64,000 bases of DNA. Origin: Candidatus Daviesbacteria bacterium (GTDB lineage: Bacteria > Patescibacteriota > Microgenomatia > Daviesbacterales > UBA10151). The position numbers and the translations under genes were made by a program. Below the pieces are notes generated by a model. That model saw only the letters and a program-made list of their open reading frames with translations, was not told the DNA's origin and did not search any database. The number at the start of each line of letters is the position of its first letter. Within the stretch, counting starts at the first letter, position 1. This document shows positions 28,804 through 39,208 of this stretch, one piece after another. The DNA lies in NCBI GenBank assembly GCA_016186955.1, contig JACPKP010000009.1:97595-161594 (forward strand), read 5' to 3'.

Positions 28804-30780
28804 ATGGACTATATTTCATTATTAATTTGGGGGGCTGCAGGGGCGGCGGTTTTATATGGTTTGGCCCTGATTTGGTGGGTTTTAAGGTTGCCAACTGGTT
28901 CTGAGAAGATGATGGAGATTGCCTCAGCAATCCAGCAAGGCGCAGCTGCCTATCTGGTGCGCCAGTATAAAGTTGTGGCTGTTGTGGCAGCGATCATTGC
29001 ATTTTTAATCTCCCAATTTTTAGATTTAAACAGCGCTTTGGGGTTTTTGGTTGGTGCAGTAGCGTCTGCGCTGGCTGGTTTGATAGGCATGCTGGTTGCC
29101 GTACGGGCCAACATCAGGTGTACTGAGGCTGCAAAGAACGGGCTTCCCAGGGCTTTTGAGGTGGCTTATAAAGGCGGTACAGTCACCGGATTTTTGGTGG
29201 TAGGTTTGGCGCTGGCTGCAGTGTATGGTTTTTATCAGTATACGCATGATGTTAACGCCCTGGTTTCCCTTGGCTTTGGTGCATCACTGATCTCTGTTTT
29301 TGCCAGGCTTGGCGGCGGTATTTATACCAAGGGGGCGGATGTCGGCACTGATATGGTTGGCAAAGTTGAGGCGGGTATCCCTGAGGATGATCCCAGGAAT
29401 CCCGGGGTGATCGCTGATCTGGTGGGTGATAACGTTGGGGATGATGCGGGGATGGCGGCAGATGTTTTTGAAACTTATGTTGTAACGGCTGTGGCAGCAA
29501 TCCTTTTGGGTCAGCTATATGCTTTCCCCGGACAGCCGCAGCTGGCAATAAATTATCCTTTAAGCCTGATGGCCGGGGCAATTTTTGCATCCATTGCAGG
29601 CAGTTTGTTTGTAAAGTTAAAGGGTAGAAGTATAATGGGGACTTTATATAAAGGGTTGGTTATCTCAACAGCAATCGCGGTTTTAGTGTTTTTTGCTGTG
29701 ACGCGCCTGCTGATTGGGTCGGAAAACCTATCCTACTTTTATTCAACCTTACTTGGTCTTTTGGTAACAGCAGGGATGATGGTTATAACAGAGTATTACA
29801 CAGGGACAAAATATGATCCTGTCAAACATATTGCCCATGCTTCCCAGACAGGGCATGGCACTAATGTTATTGCAGGTCTGGCGGTTTCCCTGCAATCCAC
29901 TTTTGCGCCTATAATACTAATTTCAGCCGCAACATTTTTTGCATTTAACCTGGCCGGGCTTTACGGGATAGCGCTGGCGGTTGTTGCAATGCTTTCTTTG
30001 GCAGGGATTGTAGTGGCGATTGATGCATTCGGGCCGATAACCGATAATGCCGGGGGGATTGCGGAGATGAGCGGGTTGCCCAAAAAGGTACGGGATGTCA
30101 CAGATCCTTTAGATGCTGTAGGGAATACCACAAAAGCCGTCACCAAGGGTTATGCGATTGCTTCAGCAGGTTTGGCTGCCCTGGTTTTATTTGCAGTATA
30201 CTCTCAAAGCCTGGGTGCGGATGTGGTATTTTCACTATCTGAACCAAATGTCCTGATAGGACTTTTTATAGGTGGGGCGCTCCCCTATCTTTTTGCCTCT
30301 TTTGCCATGGAGGCAGTTGGCAAAGCAGGAGGAGCGGTGGTAGAGGAGGTCCGGCGGCAGTTTAGAACCATAAAAGGGATAATGACAGGAGAGGCAAAAC
30401 CTGATTATGCTGCTTGTGTTTCCATAGTTACGCAAGCTGCGCAAAGAGAAATGCTTGTGCCAACATTAATTCCCATCCTGGCCCCAATTGTAGTGGCGCT
30501 GTTTTTGGGTCCGCTTGCTTTAGGAGGGATGCTGATTGGGCTGATTACCACCGGGCTGTTTGTGGCCATATCTATGACTACCGGGGGGGCGGCCTGGGAT
30601 AATGCTAAAAAATATATTGAGGCAGGAAACTTGGGAGGTAAAGGCTCTTTTGCCCACCAGGCTGCAGTGACTGGAGATACAGTGGGTGATCCGTATAAAG
30701 ATACTGCCGGACCCGCTATAAACCCGATGATTAAAGTTGCGAACATAGTAGCCCTATTGTTAGTCCCATTTCTCAAATAA
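28804..30780 (+). CDS. hppA: Membrane-bound ion-translocating pyrophosphatase, K+-independent signature
   Basis: [33 protein letters not shown]. Confidence 0.96.
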   Translation: MDYISLLIWGAAGAAVLYGLALIWWVLRLPTGSEKMMEIASAIQQGAAAYLVRQYKVVAVVAAIIAFLISQFLDLNSALGFLVGAVASALAGLIGMLVAVRANIRCTEAAKNGLPRAFEVAYKGGTVTGFLVVGLALAAVYGFYQYTHDVNALVSLGFGASLISVFARLGGGIYTKGADVGTDMVGKVEAGIPEDDPRNPGVIADLVGDNVGDDAGMAADVFETYVVTAVAAILLGQLYAFPGQPQLAINYPLSLMAGAIFASIAGSLFVKLKGRSIMGTLYKGLVISTAIAVLVFFAVTRLLIGSENLSYFYSTLLGLLVTAGMMVITEYYTGTKYDPVKHIAHASQTGHGTNVIAGLAVSLQSTFAPIILISAATFFAFNLAGLYGIALAVVAMLSLAGIVVAIDAFGPITDNAGGIAEMSGLPKKVRDVTDPLDAVGNTTKAVTKGYAIASAGLAALVLFAVYSQSLGADVVFSLSEPNVLIGLFIGGALPYLFASFAMEAVGKAGGAVVEEVRRQFRTIKGIMTGEAKPDYAACVSIVTQAAQREMLVPTLIPILAPIVVALFLGPLALGGMLIGLITTGLFVAISMTTGGAAWDNAKKYIEAGNLGGKGSFAHQAAVTGDTVGDPYKDTAGPAINPMIKVANIVALLLVPFLK

Positions 30781-30846
30781 GCGCTTTCTTCCGAGCTTGA
30801 CTACATCTGCAATTAAGTGTTCAATTAAATTAAGCCCCAACAGGGA

Positions 30847-32112
30847 ATGGAATATATGCAGGGTACAAACAATCAAACTTTCAACCAGGAGAAATTGAAA
30901 TTGCCCGGAGAAGTTAATATTGAAATTTTAGTGCATGTAATAAGAATTTTGCTGAAAACAGCCGTAGTTGCTTTTCTTTATTACAGCGGTGCCCGCTATT
31001 TTTTACCTTTGTCTGTTTATATTATTATCTCTGAAGTTTTAGACCAATTTTCTGTTTATATCAGTAAGGGAAAACCCCGTTACCAAGCATTCGTTAAGGT
31101 GTTTTATGTTATAAATTCCGTAGCTGTTATTACAACAGTAGCTTTTTTTGCCAACTGGGTCACTGATGATTTCTATTTATTTTATCTGATCCATATTTCC
31201 TCTGCCATGCTTATGTATGGTTATAAGATAGGGCTATTTAGTTTTGTGTTATCAGTAAGCCTATACAGCGGTTTACTTTTTATGAACAATGCTCCGCCCG
31301 CAATCTACTTAAGGCTACCGCTTTTATCGTTGCTGTTTTTTAGGTTGTTTATAAACCAGTATAGGTTCGGCAAGACGGAAAAGTTCTTAAACAATGTTTT
31401 GGGCATAGAAAAAGCAAAACAGGATTTTATTGCACTGGCATCACACAACCTGAGGACACCTGTTTCTGCAGTTTACGGCTATATAGACCTGCTTTTAAGG
31501 GGGGATCCAGGTCCGCTCAATGAATTGCAAACAGGCTACATTAAAAAAATAAAAATGAATAACCAGGAGCTTGAAAGGACTACTGAATCACTTTTGCAGA
31601 TCTCAATCTTTGAAATAGGGAAAGGAGTCAACCTATTTAAGCAGCCCAGTCAGATAGAGCTGGTTATTGAGGATACGGTGGAAAAGTTTACTCAGGCAGC
31701 TAAAATAAAAGGATTGGAGCTAATTTTCGAAAAAGAGACAGGTTTTCTACCTTTAGTTGATATTGATGTGCAAAAAATTACTGCAGTTTTATCAAACCTG
31801 ATGGATAATGCCATAAAATATACCAAAAAAGGAGTAATCGTAGTAAACGCTACTAAACAGGAAGACTTTATAAAAGTTTCGGTAAAAGATACAGGAGTTG
31901 GTATTCCACCGGAAGATCTACCTAAAATTTTCAATAAATTTTTCAGGTCAGGAAATGTCCTGGTTTACAACCAAACCGGAGCCGGGTTGGGGTTGTATTT
32001 GGGAAAACAGATCATTGAACTGCATGGCGGCCGGATGTCCATAGACAGTATTATTGAAAGAGGCACAACTGTTACTTTTTCTCTCCCGGTTGCGAAAAAG
32101 GAAGATTTTTGA
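30847..32112 (+). CDS. Membrane sensor histidine kinase
   Basis: Multiple TM, SHNLRTP H-box, NAIKY, DTGVG, GAGLGL. Confidence 0.93.
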   Translation: MEYMQGTNNQTFNQEKLKLPGEVNIEILVHVIRILLKTAVVAFLYYSGARYFLPLSVYIIISEVLDQFSVYISKGKPRYQAFVKVFYVINSVAVITTVAFFANWVTDDFYLFYLIHISSAMLMYGYKIGLFSFVLSVSLYSGLLFMNNAPPAIYLRLPLLSLLFFRLFINQYRFGKTEKFLNNVLGIEKAKQDFIALASHNLRTPVSAVYGYIDLLLRGDPGPLNELQTGYIKKIKMNNQELERTTESLLQISIFEIGKGVNLFKQPSQIELVIEDTVEKFTQAAKIKGLELIFEKETGFLPLVDIDVQKITAVLSNLMDNAIKYTKKGVIVVNATKQEDFIKVSVKDTGVGIPPEDLPKIFNKFFRSGNVLVYNQTGAGLGLYLGKQIIELHGGRMSIDSIIERGTTVTFSLPVAKKEDF

Positions 32113-32855
32113 TGTCATCTCAATTGGTGATACCGCTTGTATTAATTGGGTTGATTGAAGCAATTTTGTTTTTACAAAGGTTGAAATATAAAGACACTAT
32201 TACAAAAATCAGGTGGTTTAATACGCAGCTTGATATATTGCGGGCGCTGTCTTTTTTGTATACTTCCAAGCACCGAACAATCAAGGCAGTAGTAAATGAT
32301 TTCGCAGCCGCATTTTTTTTACAAAACCGGTTTGACAGCTTTATATTCATCACCCTGCCTTTGGGCAAAGAAGAAATTTTTAGGGTTTCTGACAATAAAT
32401 ATAGTTATATCACGCATGACAAAATTAATACCATAAGTTATGACAGGGTTACAGAGTATGTCCAAAAGCAGAATGTTAGTAATTTTATCCGGCTTAACAA
32501 AACACTTACCCCAATGGAGGAGTACATAATAAAATATATTGAAAAAAACCAAAGCCAATTGCAAACAGCAAATAATACTTTAACAATCGATCTGAAAAAA
32601 ACCATTGGCCAATCAATAACTCTTAACGCCAAAGAGCAAATATGGCAGGTTGGTATTGTTATGCAACTTTCATATCTGGGTGAAAAATTAGGTTTTTTAT
32701 TTTTTTTATCAAAAAATCATATCTTACCTTCAAAATATGATACGGATTTTGTAAATATTATAGGAAATGTACTGTCACTGGTTATCAAAAGATTTCAATT
32801 TGACCAACTTTTATCATATCAAGCACAGCTTAAAGCTGTGGAGGTGGAATGGTAG
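32109..32855 (+). CDS. Single-TM protein, possible degenerate GAF domain
   Basis: N-terminal TM; C-terminal LGFLFF..DTDFVNIIGNVLSLVI resembles a GAF end. Confidence 0.55.
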   Translation: MMSSQLVIPLVLIGLIEAILFLQRLKYKDTITKIRWFNTQLDILRALSFLYTSKHRTIKAVVNDFAAAFFLQNRFDSFIFITLPLGKEEIFRVSDNKYSYITHDKINTISYDRVTEYVQKQNVSNFIRLNKTLTPMEEYIIKYIEKNQSQLQTANNTLTIDLKKTIGQSITLNAKEQIWQVGIVMQLSYLGEKLGFLFFLSKNHILPSKYDTDFVNIIGNVLSLVIKRFQFDQLLSYQAQLKAVEVEW

Positions 32856-33496
32856 CTTTGCTTGTATTAGGCCTGTTTGTAGCAGCAGCAGAATTTATAA
32901 GATTGTATTTTTTGCAGATGAAAAAAAATAAAGCGGAAAAAGCTTTAATAAAGAAGGCTAATGAAATTTATTACTTATTACTTTTAACAGGAGATGCTGC
33001 AAGAAATAAAAAAACAATAGAAGAAAGTTTTACGGAATATTCAAATGCAGTTGTGGAGGTAGTTGATTGGAAATTCCATAGCATTTGGCGGCTTGATGAA
33101 GATAAACAGGTACTCTACCTGCGTTTTACAGGCCATCTGCCCGATTGGTATATTAAAGCATTCAGTATTGGGCAGACCGGCATCAAAGTTGGGGATGCCT
33201 GTATAGGTGAGACTGTTGCCACTAAACAACCGCTTACAATAAATGATGCCGCAAATGACCCCCGTTTTAAAAATATCAATAAACTGCCTTTGCAGACAGG
33301 GTATCAGTCGTTGACAGGGAACCCTATCATGGGCAGGCTAAGGACTTATGGGGGGATTAATACATATAGTGATAAGATCAACGCTTTTAATTTACATGAT
33401 GAGCAATTTTTGATGATAGTGGGAAATTTATTGGGCATGGTTTTGGAAAACCGGTTGCTTGAAAAATACTTGACAAGTATGGTTAAAAGAGTATAG
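32849..33496 (+). CDS. Single-TM stand-alone GAF domain protein
   Basis: VGDACIGETV..P..INDAANDPRF, NPIM..GGINTY..F...DEQFL. Confidence 0.85.
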   Translation: MVALLVLGLFVAAAEFIRLYFLQMKKNKAEKALIKKANEIYYLLLLTGDAARNKKTIEESFTEYSNAVVEVVDWKFHSIWRLDEDKQVLYLRFTGHLPDWYIKAFSIGQTGIKVGDACIGETVATKQPLTINDAANDPRFKNINKLPLQTGYQSLTGNPIMGRLRTYGGINTYSDKINAFNLHDEQFLMIVGNLLGMVLENRLLEKYLTSMVKRV

Positions 33497-33508
33497 TTTA
33501 TAATAATC

Positions 33509-33919
33509 ATGGATAATACAAACCTAGTCCAACCTTCCCAAGCCCCGTCAGATAAGAAAAAAATATTGATTGTTGAAGACGATTTTTTCATCAGGGATTT
33601 GTATGAACTCCAAGCACGCAAGGCAGGTTATGATGTAGTGATTGCTGCAGATGGCGCCGAAGCCATTGAAAAAGCCAGAAAAGAGATACCTGATATCCTT
33701 TTGATCGACTTGATGTTGCCAAAAATGGATGGGTTGACTGTGATGAAGACTGTTAAAGCAGATTCCAGGTTTTCAAATACACCTTGTGTGATTGTAACTA
33801 ACCTGGAAGATGCTACCAAAGAGCAGGAAGCAAAATCAGCAGGTGCGGCAGGGTATTTATTAAAGATTCAAAATACGCCGGAAATGGTTATACAGTCTCT
33901 TGCAACTTATATTCACTAA
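33509..33919 (+). CDS. Single-domain response regulator
   Basis: ILIVEDD, DLMLP, TN, K. Confidence 0.92.
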   Translation: MDNTNLVQPSQAPSDKKKILIVEDDFFIRDLYELQARKAGYDVVIAADGAEAIEKARKEIPDILLIDLMLPKMDGLTVMKTVKADSRFSNTPCVIVTNLEDATKEQEAKSAGAAGYLLKIQNTPEMVIQSLATYIH

Positions 33920-33935
33920 ATTCGTTTTTGGATAT

Positions 33936-34331
33936 TTAAACTGTTACCGGTTTGTTAGTAAGGGCATTTTTGACTTCATCAACAACCTGAAAGGGTGTTA
34001 AGGTAGCCTTAATTAAATACCCGTTGGCGCCTAAGGCAAAAGCTTCCTGTATGATTGTATCCTGGCCAAGGTTTGTCAAAAGCAATACAACCATTTGCGG
34101 ATTGATCTTTTTGACCCTGATCTGCCTTAAAACCTCAAGACCGTTTAAGTCCGGCAGCAAAATATCCAACAGTAAGATATCAAAATTTTCCTGTGAAAGC
34201 TGGGCTAAACCGGTTTTGCCGTCACCGGCTATTTTTACCAAGAAGCCTGCTTTAGTAAGTTGTCCTGCATAAAGTTCAGCTATAAAACTCTGGTCTTCAA
34301 TGATAAATACTTTTTTTTGGTCTTGCTGCAT
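33936..34331 (-). CDS. Single-domain response regulator
   Basis: IIEDQ, LLDILLP, LTN, YLIK. Confidence 0.92.
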   Translation of the reverse strand: MQQDQKKVFIIEDQSFIAELYAGQLTKAGFLVKIAGDGKTGLAQLSQENFDILLLDILLPDLNGLEVLRQIRVKKINPQMVVLLLTNLGQDTIIQEAFALGANGYLIKATLTPFQVVDEVKNALTNKPVTV

Positions 34332-34372
34332 GTTTAAAAGGTATAAGTTTTAGGCCCCAATGTCAATACTTG

Positions 34373-34446
34373 CGGCGCCAGCGGGACTCGAACCCGCGAT
34401 TTCCTGGATGAGAACCAGATGTCCTAGGCCACTAGACGATGGCGCC
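34373..34446 (-). tRNA. tRNA-Glu (CTC), CCA not encoded
   Basis: GGCGCCA/TGGCGCC acceptor stem, TCTGG-TTCTCAT-CCAGG anticodon arm, GGTTCGAGTCC T-arm. Confidence 0.96.
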
Positions 34447-34529
34447 TAAACCCCTCTAATTTTATCAATTAAGCCTGATTTTTGCCAGTGAGCTGATATC
34501 ATTTAGCAAAATAAGAGGAGGTGTCAAGC

Positions 34530-34549
34530 CCTGCCTGTCGGCAGGCAGG
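34530..34549. repeat. CCTGCCTGTCGGCAGGCAGG palindromic element, intergenic
   Basis: 1 mismatch to the perfect 20-nt palindrome; same family as 11894 and 37206. Confidence 0.85.
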
Positions 34550-34619
34550 TAACCCATCCTCCAGGTGTCCTGGTTTTTTGTTGCTTCGTCAGTAGTCGAA
34601 TGGGTGGTTGGAAAGATTA

Positions 34620-35564
34620 TCAGTTATCTTTGCTGAATTCACGCTCTTCCCAGATGAAGTTAGCATCAGATGGGTCTTGTTTTGACCTGAATTTTCTAAG
34701 CCTTAGACCTAAGGGGGCAAGCCCGCCCAAAGCCAATCCTGCCAGAGGCAGACCTGTTTTAGGCAGCTCTTTTACATTCAGTGATTCTTTGGTAATGACT
34801 GCAGGTGTTCCGCTGGAAGCAGCAACACGAGCTGCTGTAAAGCCCAAAACCTCACCTTTACTGGTGACAACTTCACCTTTTGCATTAATAGTGATGTTGT
34901 TAGTGTTATTGTTAGTCAGTGACTGGTTATTGTTTTGAGTTTGAGTTTGCGTTTGAGTTTGTGACTGGGTAATACAAACTACGGTTGACCCAATCAGCTG
35001 GGTTATAAATCCATTAGGGCACTGTTGACCCCCGGAAGGAGGTGTGGGAGTAGGTGCCAGACTAGGTGTTGGGGTTGGAGTAGGGGTTATGCTGGGTGTA
35101 GGAGTTGGGGTAGGTGTTGGGGTTGGAGTAGGGGTGGGGGTTGGAGATGGTGTGGGTGTAGGAGTCACACTAGGTGTTGGGGTTGGAGTAGGGGTTATGC
35201 TGGGTGTAGGAGTTGGGGTGGGTGTAGGAGTGGGAGTTGGCGTAGGGCACTGTTTTTTCTTTTTTGGTTTGCAAGGGCCGGGTTTATTATCCTCATTTTC
35301 ATTCCCCGCACCACCTTGATTATTTTCCGAGGAGATGTCGTTTACAGTTTCGTTGTCACATCCACCACATCCGCTTCCTTCGCTGCCACTGCCTCCAGCC
35401 GGATCAGACGGGTCATCAGCAAGTACAAAAGCAGGCCCTTTTGTGATTAATTGGTTTATGGTTTTAACGTTAAAAATACCAAAAATCAATAAAATAACAG
35501 CTCCGATTAAAAGAAGTCTTTTCAAAGATAAATTGTTTTTTGCTAATTCCATAATACTATTCAT
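34620..35564 (-). CDS. Surface protein with Pro-Thr linker, QT run and LPXTG-type sorting signal
   Basis: N-terminal signal/TM, (PT)n, LPKTG + hydrophobic segment + RLRKFR. Confidence 0.85.
   Translation of the reverse strand: MNSIMELAKNNLSLKRLLLIGAVILLIFGIFNVKTINQLITKGPAFVLADDPSDPAGGSGSEGSGCGGCDNETVNDISSENNQGGAGNENEDNKPGPCKPKKKKQCPTPTPTPTPTPTPTPSITPTPTPTPSVTPTPTPSPTPTPTPTPTPTPTPTPSITPTPTPTPSLAPTPTPPSGGQQCPNGFITQLIGSTVVCITQSQTQTQTQTQNNNQSLTNNNTNNITINAKGEVVTSKGEVLGFTAARVAASSGTPAVITKESLNVKELPKTGLPLAGLALGGLAPLGLRLRKFRSKQDPSDANFIWEEREFSKDN
35061..35219. repeat. 51-nt perfect direct repeat in the PT linker (period 108)
   Basis: 35061-35111 equals 35169-35219. Confidence 0.85.
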
Positions 35565-35618
35565 AATATTATAAGGTAGTATACACTACTATAAGTTATT
35601 TGTCAAGCATTAACATAA

Positions 35619-36422
35619 TTAATACAAAAATGACTCCTGGGGATTGCCTATTGGTTTGGCCATCTCATTTCTTCTGTCCCGCAAGCCCTTTGGCCCTTTG
35701 GCAGCAAGAAATGCTTCTACAGAAGGCCAGCCTGTTCCGATGATATAGTCAGCAGGGGTAAGGCTATCTGGGTCAGTGCATAGCTCCAAACAAACTTCCC
35801 ACTCATAAAATTTATTTGTGCCCGGGATAGGAACAGGCCCGCTCCAATCATCAAGCATTCTCCTGTACTTAAAATTTTCTTTGGCAATGCGTCTTTTTTC
35901 ATGGGTTATAGGGTTTTCATCCCATTTCCAGATATCTACCCCACCGTTAAATACATATTCAATACCTGTTGGCCGGCTTTTTAGGAAACCCGGGTCTTTC
36001 CAGATTGGATTGCCAGGGTTAAAAGCTTCAGGAGTTACATTTATACCTAAACCATTGCCCCACTCTGGTGCATGAAGCCTGAATACCTGGTGTCTTTGCC
36101 CGAAACCCCAAAACTCAACTTCAATGTTTCCGCCATTTTCAACCGGGGATAAAGGGATGTCTCCGGCACGGAAAACTTGAAGTTTTCCGTCTCGATGCAT
36201 ATCTAAAAAATGGAACCTATGCATCAAAAGTTTGCCGTACCATGTGCCAAAGCAGGTCCCTTCAGTAGGGTTACCATTTCTCGGGCAGGCCAGGGCGATA
36301 CCTGATGTATCAACTGCAGAGAGTAGCGCTGCTCCTATAGCAGCCCTGCCAAGCTTTAGAAAAGCCCTTCTTGGCATATTTTTAATTTTGGGCTTATTTT
36401 CTGCGCTAGGTTCCATTTCCAT
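35619..36422 (-). CDS. Hypothetical exported protein with a twin-arginine-like signal
   Basis: PRRAFLK followed by a hydrophobic stretch and ALA. Confidence 0.7.
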   Translation of the reverse strand: MEMEPSAENKPKIKNMPRRAFLKLGRAAIGAALLSAVDTSGIALACPRNGNPTEGTCFGTWYGKLLMHRFHFLDMHRDGKLQVFRAGDIPLSPVENGGNIEVEFWGFGQRHQVFRLHAPEWGNGLGINVTPEAFNPGNPIWKDPGFLKSRPTGIEYVFNGGVDIWKWDENPITHEKRRIAKENFKYRRMLDDWSGPVPIPGTNKFYEWEVCLELCTDPDSLTPADYIIGTGWPSVEAFLAAKGPKGLRDRRNEMAKPIGNPQESFLY

Positions 36423-36435
36423 AAATTATTCCAAT

Positions 36436-36501
36436 AGTATACTATAAGTTTTAAGATTTGTCAACCCGGCAATTGACAACCAATTTGGGATGTTTTATAA
36501 T
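36436..36501. promoter_or_regulatory. Back-to-back sigma70 promoters
   Basis: Plus TTGACA(36473)-17-TATAAT for greA; minus TTGACA(36464)-17-TATACT. Confidence 0.8.
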
Positions 36502-36520
36502 TCCTGATTACAGCGCCAAC

Positions 36521-37021
36521 ATGGCAAGTGCGACGGTTTCTAAAAGAACAACTCAAAACCTCAGAAATATTTATTTAACCCTGGAGGGATTACAAAAAGC
36601 CCGGCAGGAATTGTCATTTTTAAAAACTACCAAAAGGGATGAAATTGCAGGTACAATAGCCCTGGCTGTTGAGATGGGCAATTTAGAGGAAAATGCGGAA
36701 TATGATGCTGCTTTGAGTGAACAATCAATGGTTGAAAACCGTATTTTTGAGCTTGAACAGATCGTCAGGGAGGCTAAAATTATCAAACATGACACCAACT
36801 CAAGCGGTTTTATAACGATTGGCTCAACAGTGGTGCTTAAAATGGATAAGGATGTAGAAGAGTTTACAATTGTCGGGAGTATTGAAGCAAACCCTGCCAA
36901 AAAAATGATCTCAAATGAATCCCTTGTAGGCAGTGCGCTGCTTGGGAGGAGGGTTGGTGAAGAAGCTCAAATTACAACTCCTAGGTATTCTTATAAATGT
37001 AAAATTCTGGAAATCCGCTAG
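36521..37021 (+). CDS. greA: Transcription elongation factor GreA
   Basis: LTLEG, GNLEENAEY, GSIEANP, ISNESLVGSAL. Confidence 0.92.
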   Translation: MASATVSKRTTQNLRNIYLTLEGLQKARQELSFLKTTKRDEIAGTIALAVEMGNLEENAEYDAALSEQSMVENRIFELEQIVREAKIIKHDTNSSGFITIGSTVVLKMDKDVEEFTIVGSIEANPAKKMISNESLVGSALLGRRVGEEAQITTPRYSYKCKILEIR

Positions 37022-37083
37022 CATTGCTTTCAATTTAGCCTCAGAAGAGATATACTTATAAAAGTAACAAGTAAGGGGAGAAT

Positions 37084-38595
37084 ATGGCGTTAGACCAGTT
37101 AAAAAAGGAACGGATAAAAAAACTTAAGTATATCAGGAAACTGGGGATTGATCCTTATCCTGCCAGGCTGGATTCTGGACAAGCACACCTAACAGATGGG
37201 CAGGCCTTGCCTGCCGGCAGGCAGGCCAGAACGACCGCTGTAGAGGCGCTTAAAAAGATGGGTAAAAAAGTGGTTTTAGCAGGCAGAATCAGGTCTTTGA
37301 GGCCACATGGCAAGATCACTTTTGCTGATTTGGAGGATACATCAAGTAGGATACAGTTGTTTTTTGCCCAGAATGACCTTAACGGTGAAAAGTATGATTT
37401 TCTGGCCAATTTAGACCTGGGTGATTTTTTGCAAGTTTCAGGTGAAATTTTTAAAACCCAGGCTGGGGAAACCACAGTAAAAGTTGCCTCTTACAAGATT
37501 TTAACCAAATCACTGCTTCCGCTACCCTCTTCTTGGTATGGATTGAAGGATGTGGAGGAGCGCAACAGAAGAAGGTATTTGGATTTGTTGATGAACCCGG
37601 ATGTGCGCAAAACTTTTGAAACACGGTCAAAAATAATAAATACAATCAGAAGATTCTTAATAGACAAAAAAGGATATTTTGAAGTTGAAAGCCCGGTTTT
37701 ACAGATTTTATACGGAGGCACCCGGGCCAGGCCTTTTAAAACCCACCACAACACTTTAGATACCACATTATATTTAAGGATCTCCAATGAGCTCTATTTA
37801 AAAAGACTGATTGTGGGAGGATTTGAGAAGGTTTTTGAAATCGGCCATACATTTCGGAATGAGGGGATGGACCGTAACCATAACCCGGAGTTTACCATGC
37901 TTGAAACAATGCAGGCTTATTTTGATTACAACGACAATATGGATCTGGTCGAGGAGATGTTTGAATTTGTGGCGCTGGAGGTTTTTGGAAAGACTAAACT
38001 TGAATACCAGGGACAGGTTTTAGAATTTAAAAGACCTTGGCTGAGGGTTAAACTGGTGGATTTATTCAAAAAACATACAGGAGTGCATTTTAATGAAATA
38101 GACACCTTGGAAAAAGCAGTTATTCTGGCAAAAAAATTGGGTGTAGAGATTAAAGATTATATGACAGATGGAGAAATACTGCTTGAGATTTTTGAAAAAA
38201 AATGTACAGATCAGTTGGTCCAACCGACATTTGTTTATGATTACCCCGCAGATTTTTATCCTTTGGCAAAAAGGAAAGCTGATGACCCGAAGTTTGTCGA
38301 GAGTTTCGATATTTATTGCGCAGGAATGGAGATGGGGACAAATTACACTGAGCAAAATGATCCGCAAGCTCTGCGGGAGTCTTGGATGAAAGAAAAGAAA
38401 AAAGCCAAGGCAGGGAATAAGGAGGCTCAAAAATTAGATGAGGATTTTCTGGAGGCATTGGAATATGGAATGCCGCCTACCTCAGGAATAGGCCCGGGGT
38501 TGGACAGGTGGGTGATGTTGATGACCAATTCCCCTTCAATTGCGGATGTGATACTATTTCCGTCACTGAAGCCTGAAAAACAAAAGAAGAATTAA
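37084..38595 (+). CDS. lysS: Lysine--tRNA ligase (class II) with N-terminal palindromic insertions
   Basis: YLDL, YLRISNELYLKRL, FRNEG, HNPEF, YGMPPT. Confidence 0.97.
   Translation: MALDQLKKERIKKLKYIRKLGIDPYPARLDSGQAHLTDGQALPAGRQARTTAVEALKKMGKKVVLAGRIRSLRPHGKITFADLEDTSSRIQLFFAQNDLNGEKYDFLANLDLGDFLQVSGEIFKTQAGETTVKVASYKILTKSLLPLPSSWYGLKDVEERNRRRYLDLLMNPDVRKTFETRSKIINTIRRFLIDKKGYFEVESPVLQILYGGTRARPFKTHHNTLDTTLYLRISNELYLKRLIVGGFEKVFEIGHTFRNEGMDRNHNPEFTMLETMQAYFDYNDNMDLVEEMFEFVALEVFGKTKLEYQGQVLEFKRPWLRVKLVDLFKKHTGVHFNEIDTLEKAVILAKKLGVEIKDYMTDGEILLEIFEKKCTDQLVQPTFVYDYPADFYPLAKRKADDPKFVESFDIYCAGMEMGTNYTEQNDPQALRESWMKEKKKAKAGNKEAQKLDEDFLEALEYGMPPTSGIGPGLDRWVMLMTNSPSIADVILFPSLKPEKQKKN
37165..37227. 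repeat. Three tandem 21-nt palindrome-derived units in lysS
   Basis: RLDSGQA-HLTDGQA-LPAGRQA; last unit contains CTTGCCTGCCGGCAGGCAGG (37206-37225). Confidence 0.75.
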
Positions 38596-38611
38596 TATTC
38601 TTCGAAATACC

Positions 38612-39208
38612 ATGAATAGACAAGAAGCTTATAAATTAATGGAGGAGATGGTAAAATCGCCGAATTTACGAAAGCATGCAATGGCTGTGGAGGCGATAAT
38701 GCGGTCTTTGTGTGGATTCCTAAAAGAGCGTTTAGCCTCAAAAGGCGTCCCCTTTGAGCCTGAGGAATTTGATGAGGAAGAATGGGGGATTGTGGGATTA
38801 CTTCATGATGCGGATTATGAGCTGGTGGAGAAAGACCCTAAACGCCACACCTTGGTGACTGAGGAAAAATTAAGGCCTTTGGGGGTGTCCGAGCGGATTA
38901 TTAATGGGATTAAAGCCCATCATGAGGGGATAAAAGAGGGGCGGGATAATTTCCTGGAAAAGGCAGTGTATGCAGCAGATGAACTTTCAGGACTTATTAC
39001 TGCAGTGGCTCTGGTGCGTCCGGACAAAAAACTTTCTTCAGTAACTGTTGAATCAGTCATGAAAAAATTCCCGGAAAAATCCTTTGCAGCCGGCGCCAAA
39101 AGGGAGCAAATTCTAGCTTGCGAGAAGGAACTTGATATTCCTCTCGCGGAGTTTGTTAAAATAGGTTTAGAGGCGATGCAGGGAATCTCAGAAAAGTTAG
39201 GATTATAA
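38612..39208 (+). CDS. HDIG/HD-domain phosphohydrolase
   Basis: H..AVEA, GLLHDADY, AADELSG, RPDKK. Confidence 0.9.
   Translation: MNRQEAYKLMEEMVKSPNLRKHAMAVEAIMRSLCGFLKERLASKGVPFEPEEFDEEEWGIVGLLHDADYELVEKDPKRHTLVTEEKLRPLGVSERIINGIKAHHEGIKEGRDNFLEKAVYAADELSGLITAVALVRPDKKLSSVTVESVMKKFPEKSFAAGAKREQILACEKELDIPLAEFVKIGLEAMQGISEKLGL

Noticed and set aside
34373-34446. tRNA-anchored integrative island
   Set aside because: No integrase and no duplicate of the tRNA 3' end noticed in the window
35040-35240. CRISPR array
   Set aside because: Repeats are coding Pro-Thr codons without unique spacers; no cas genes
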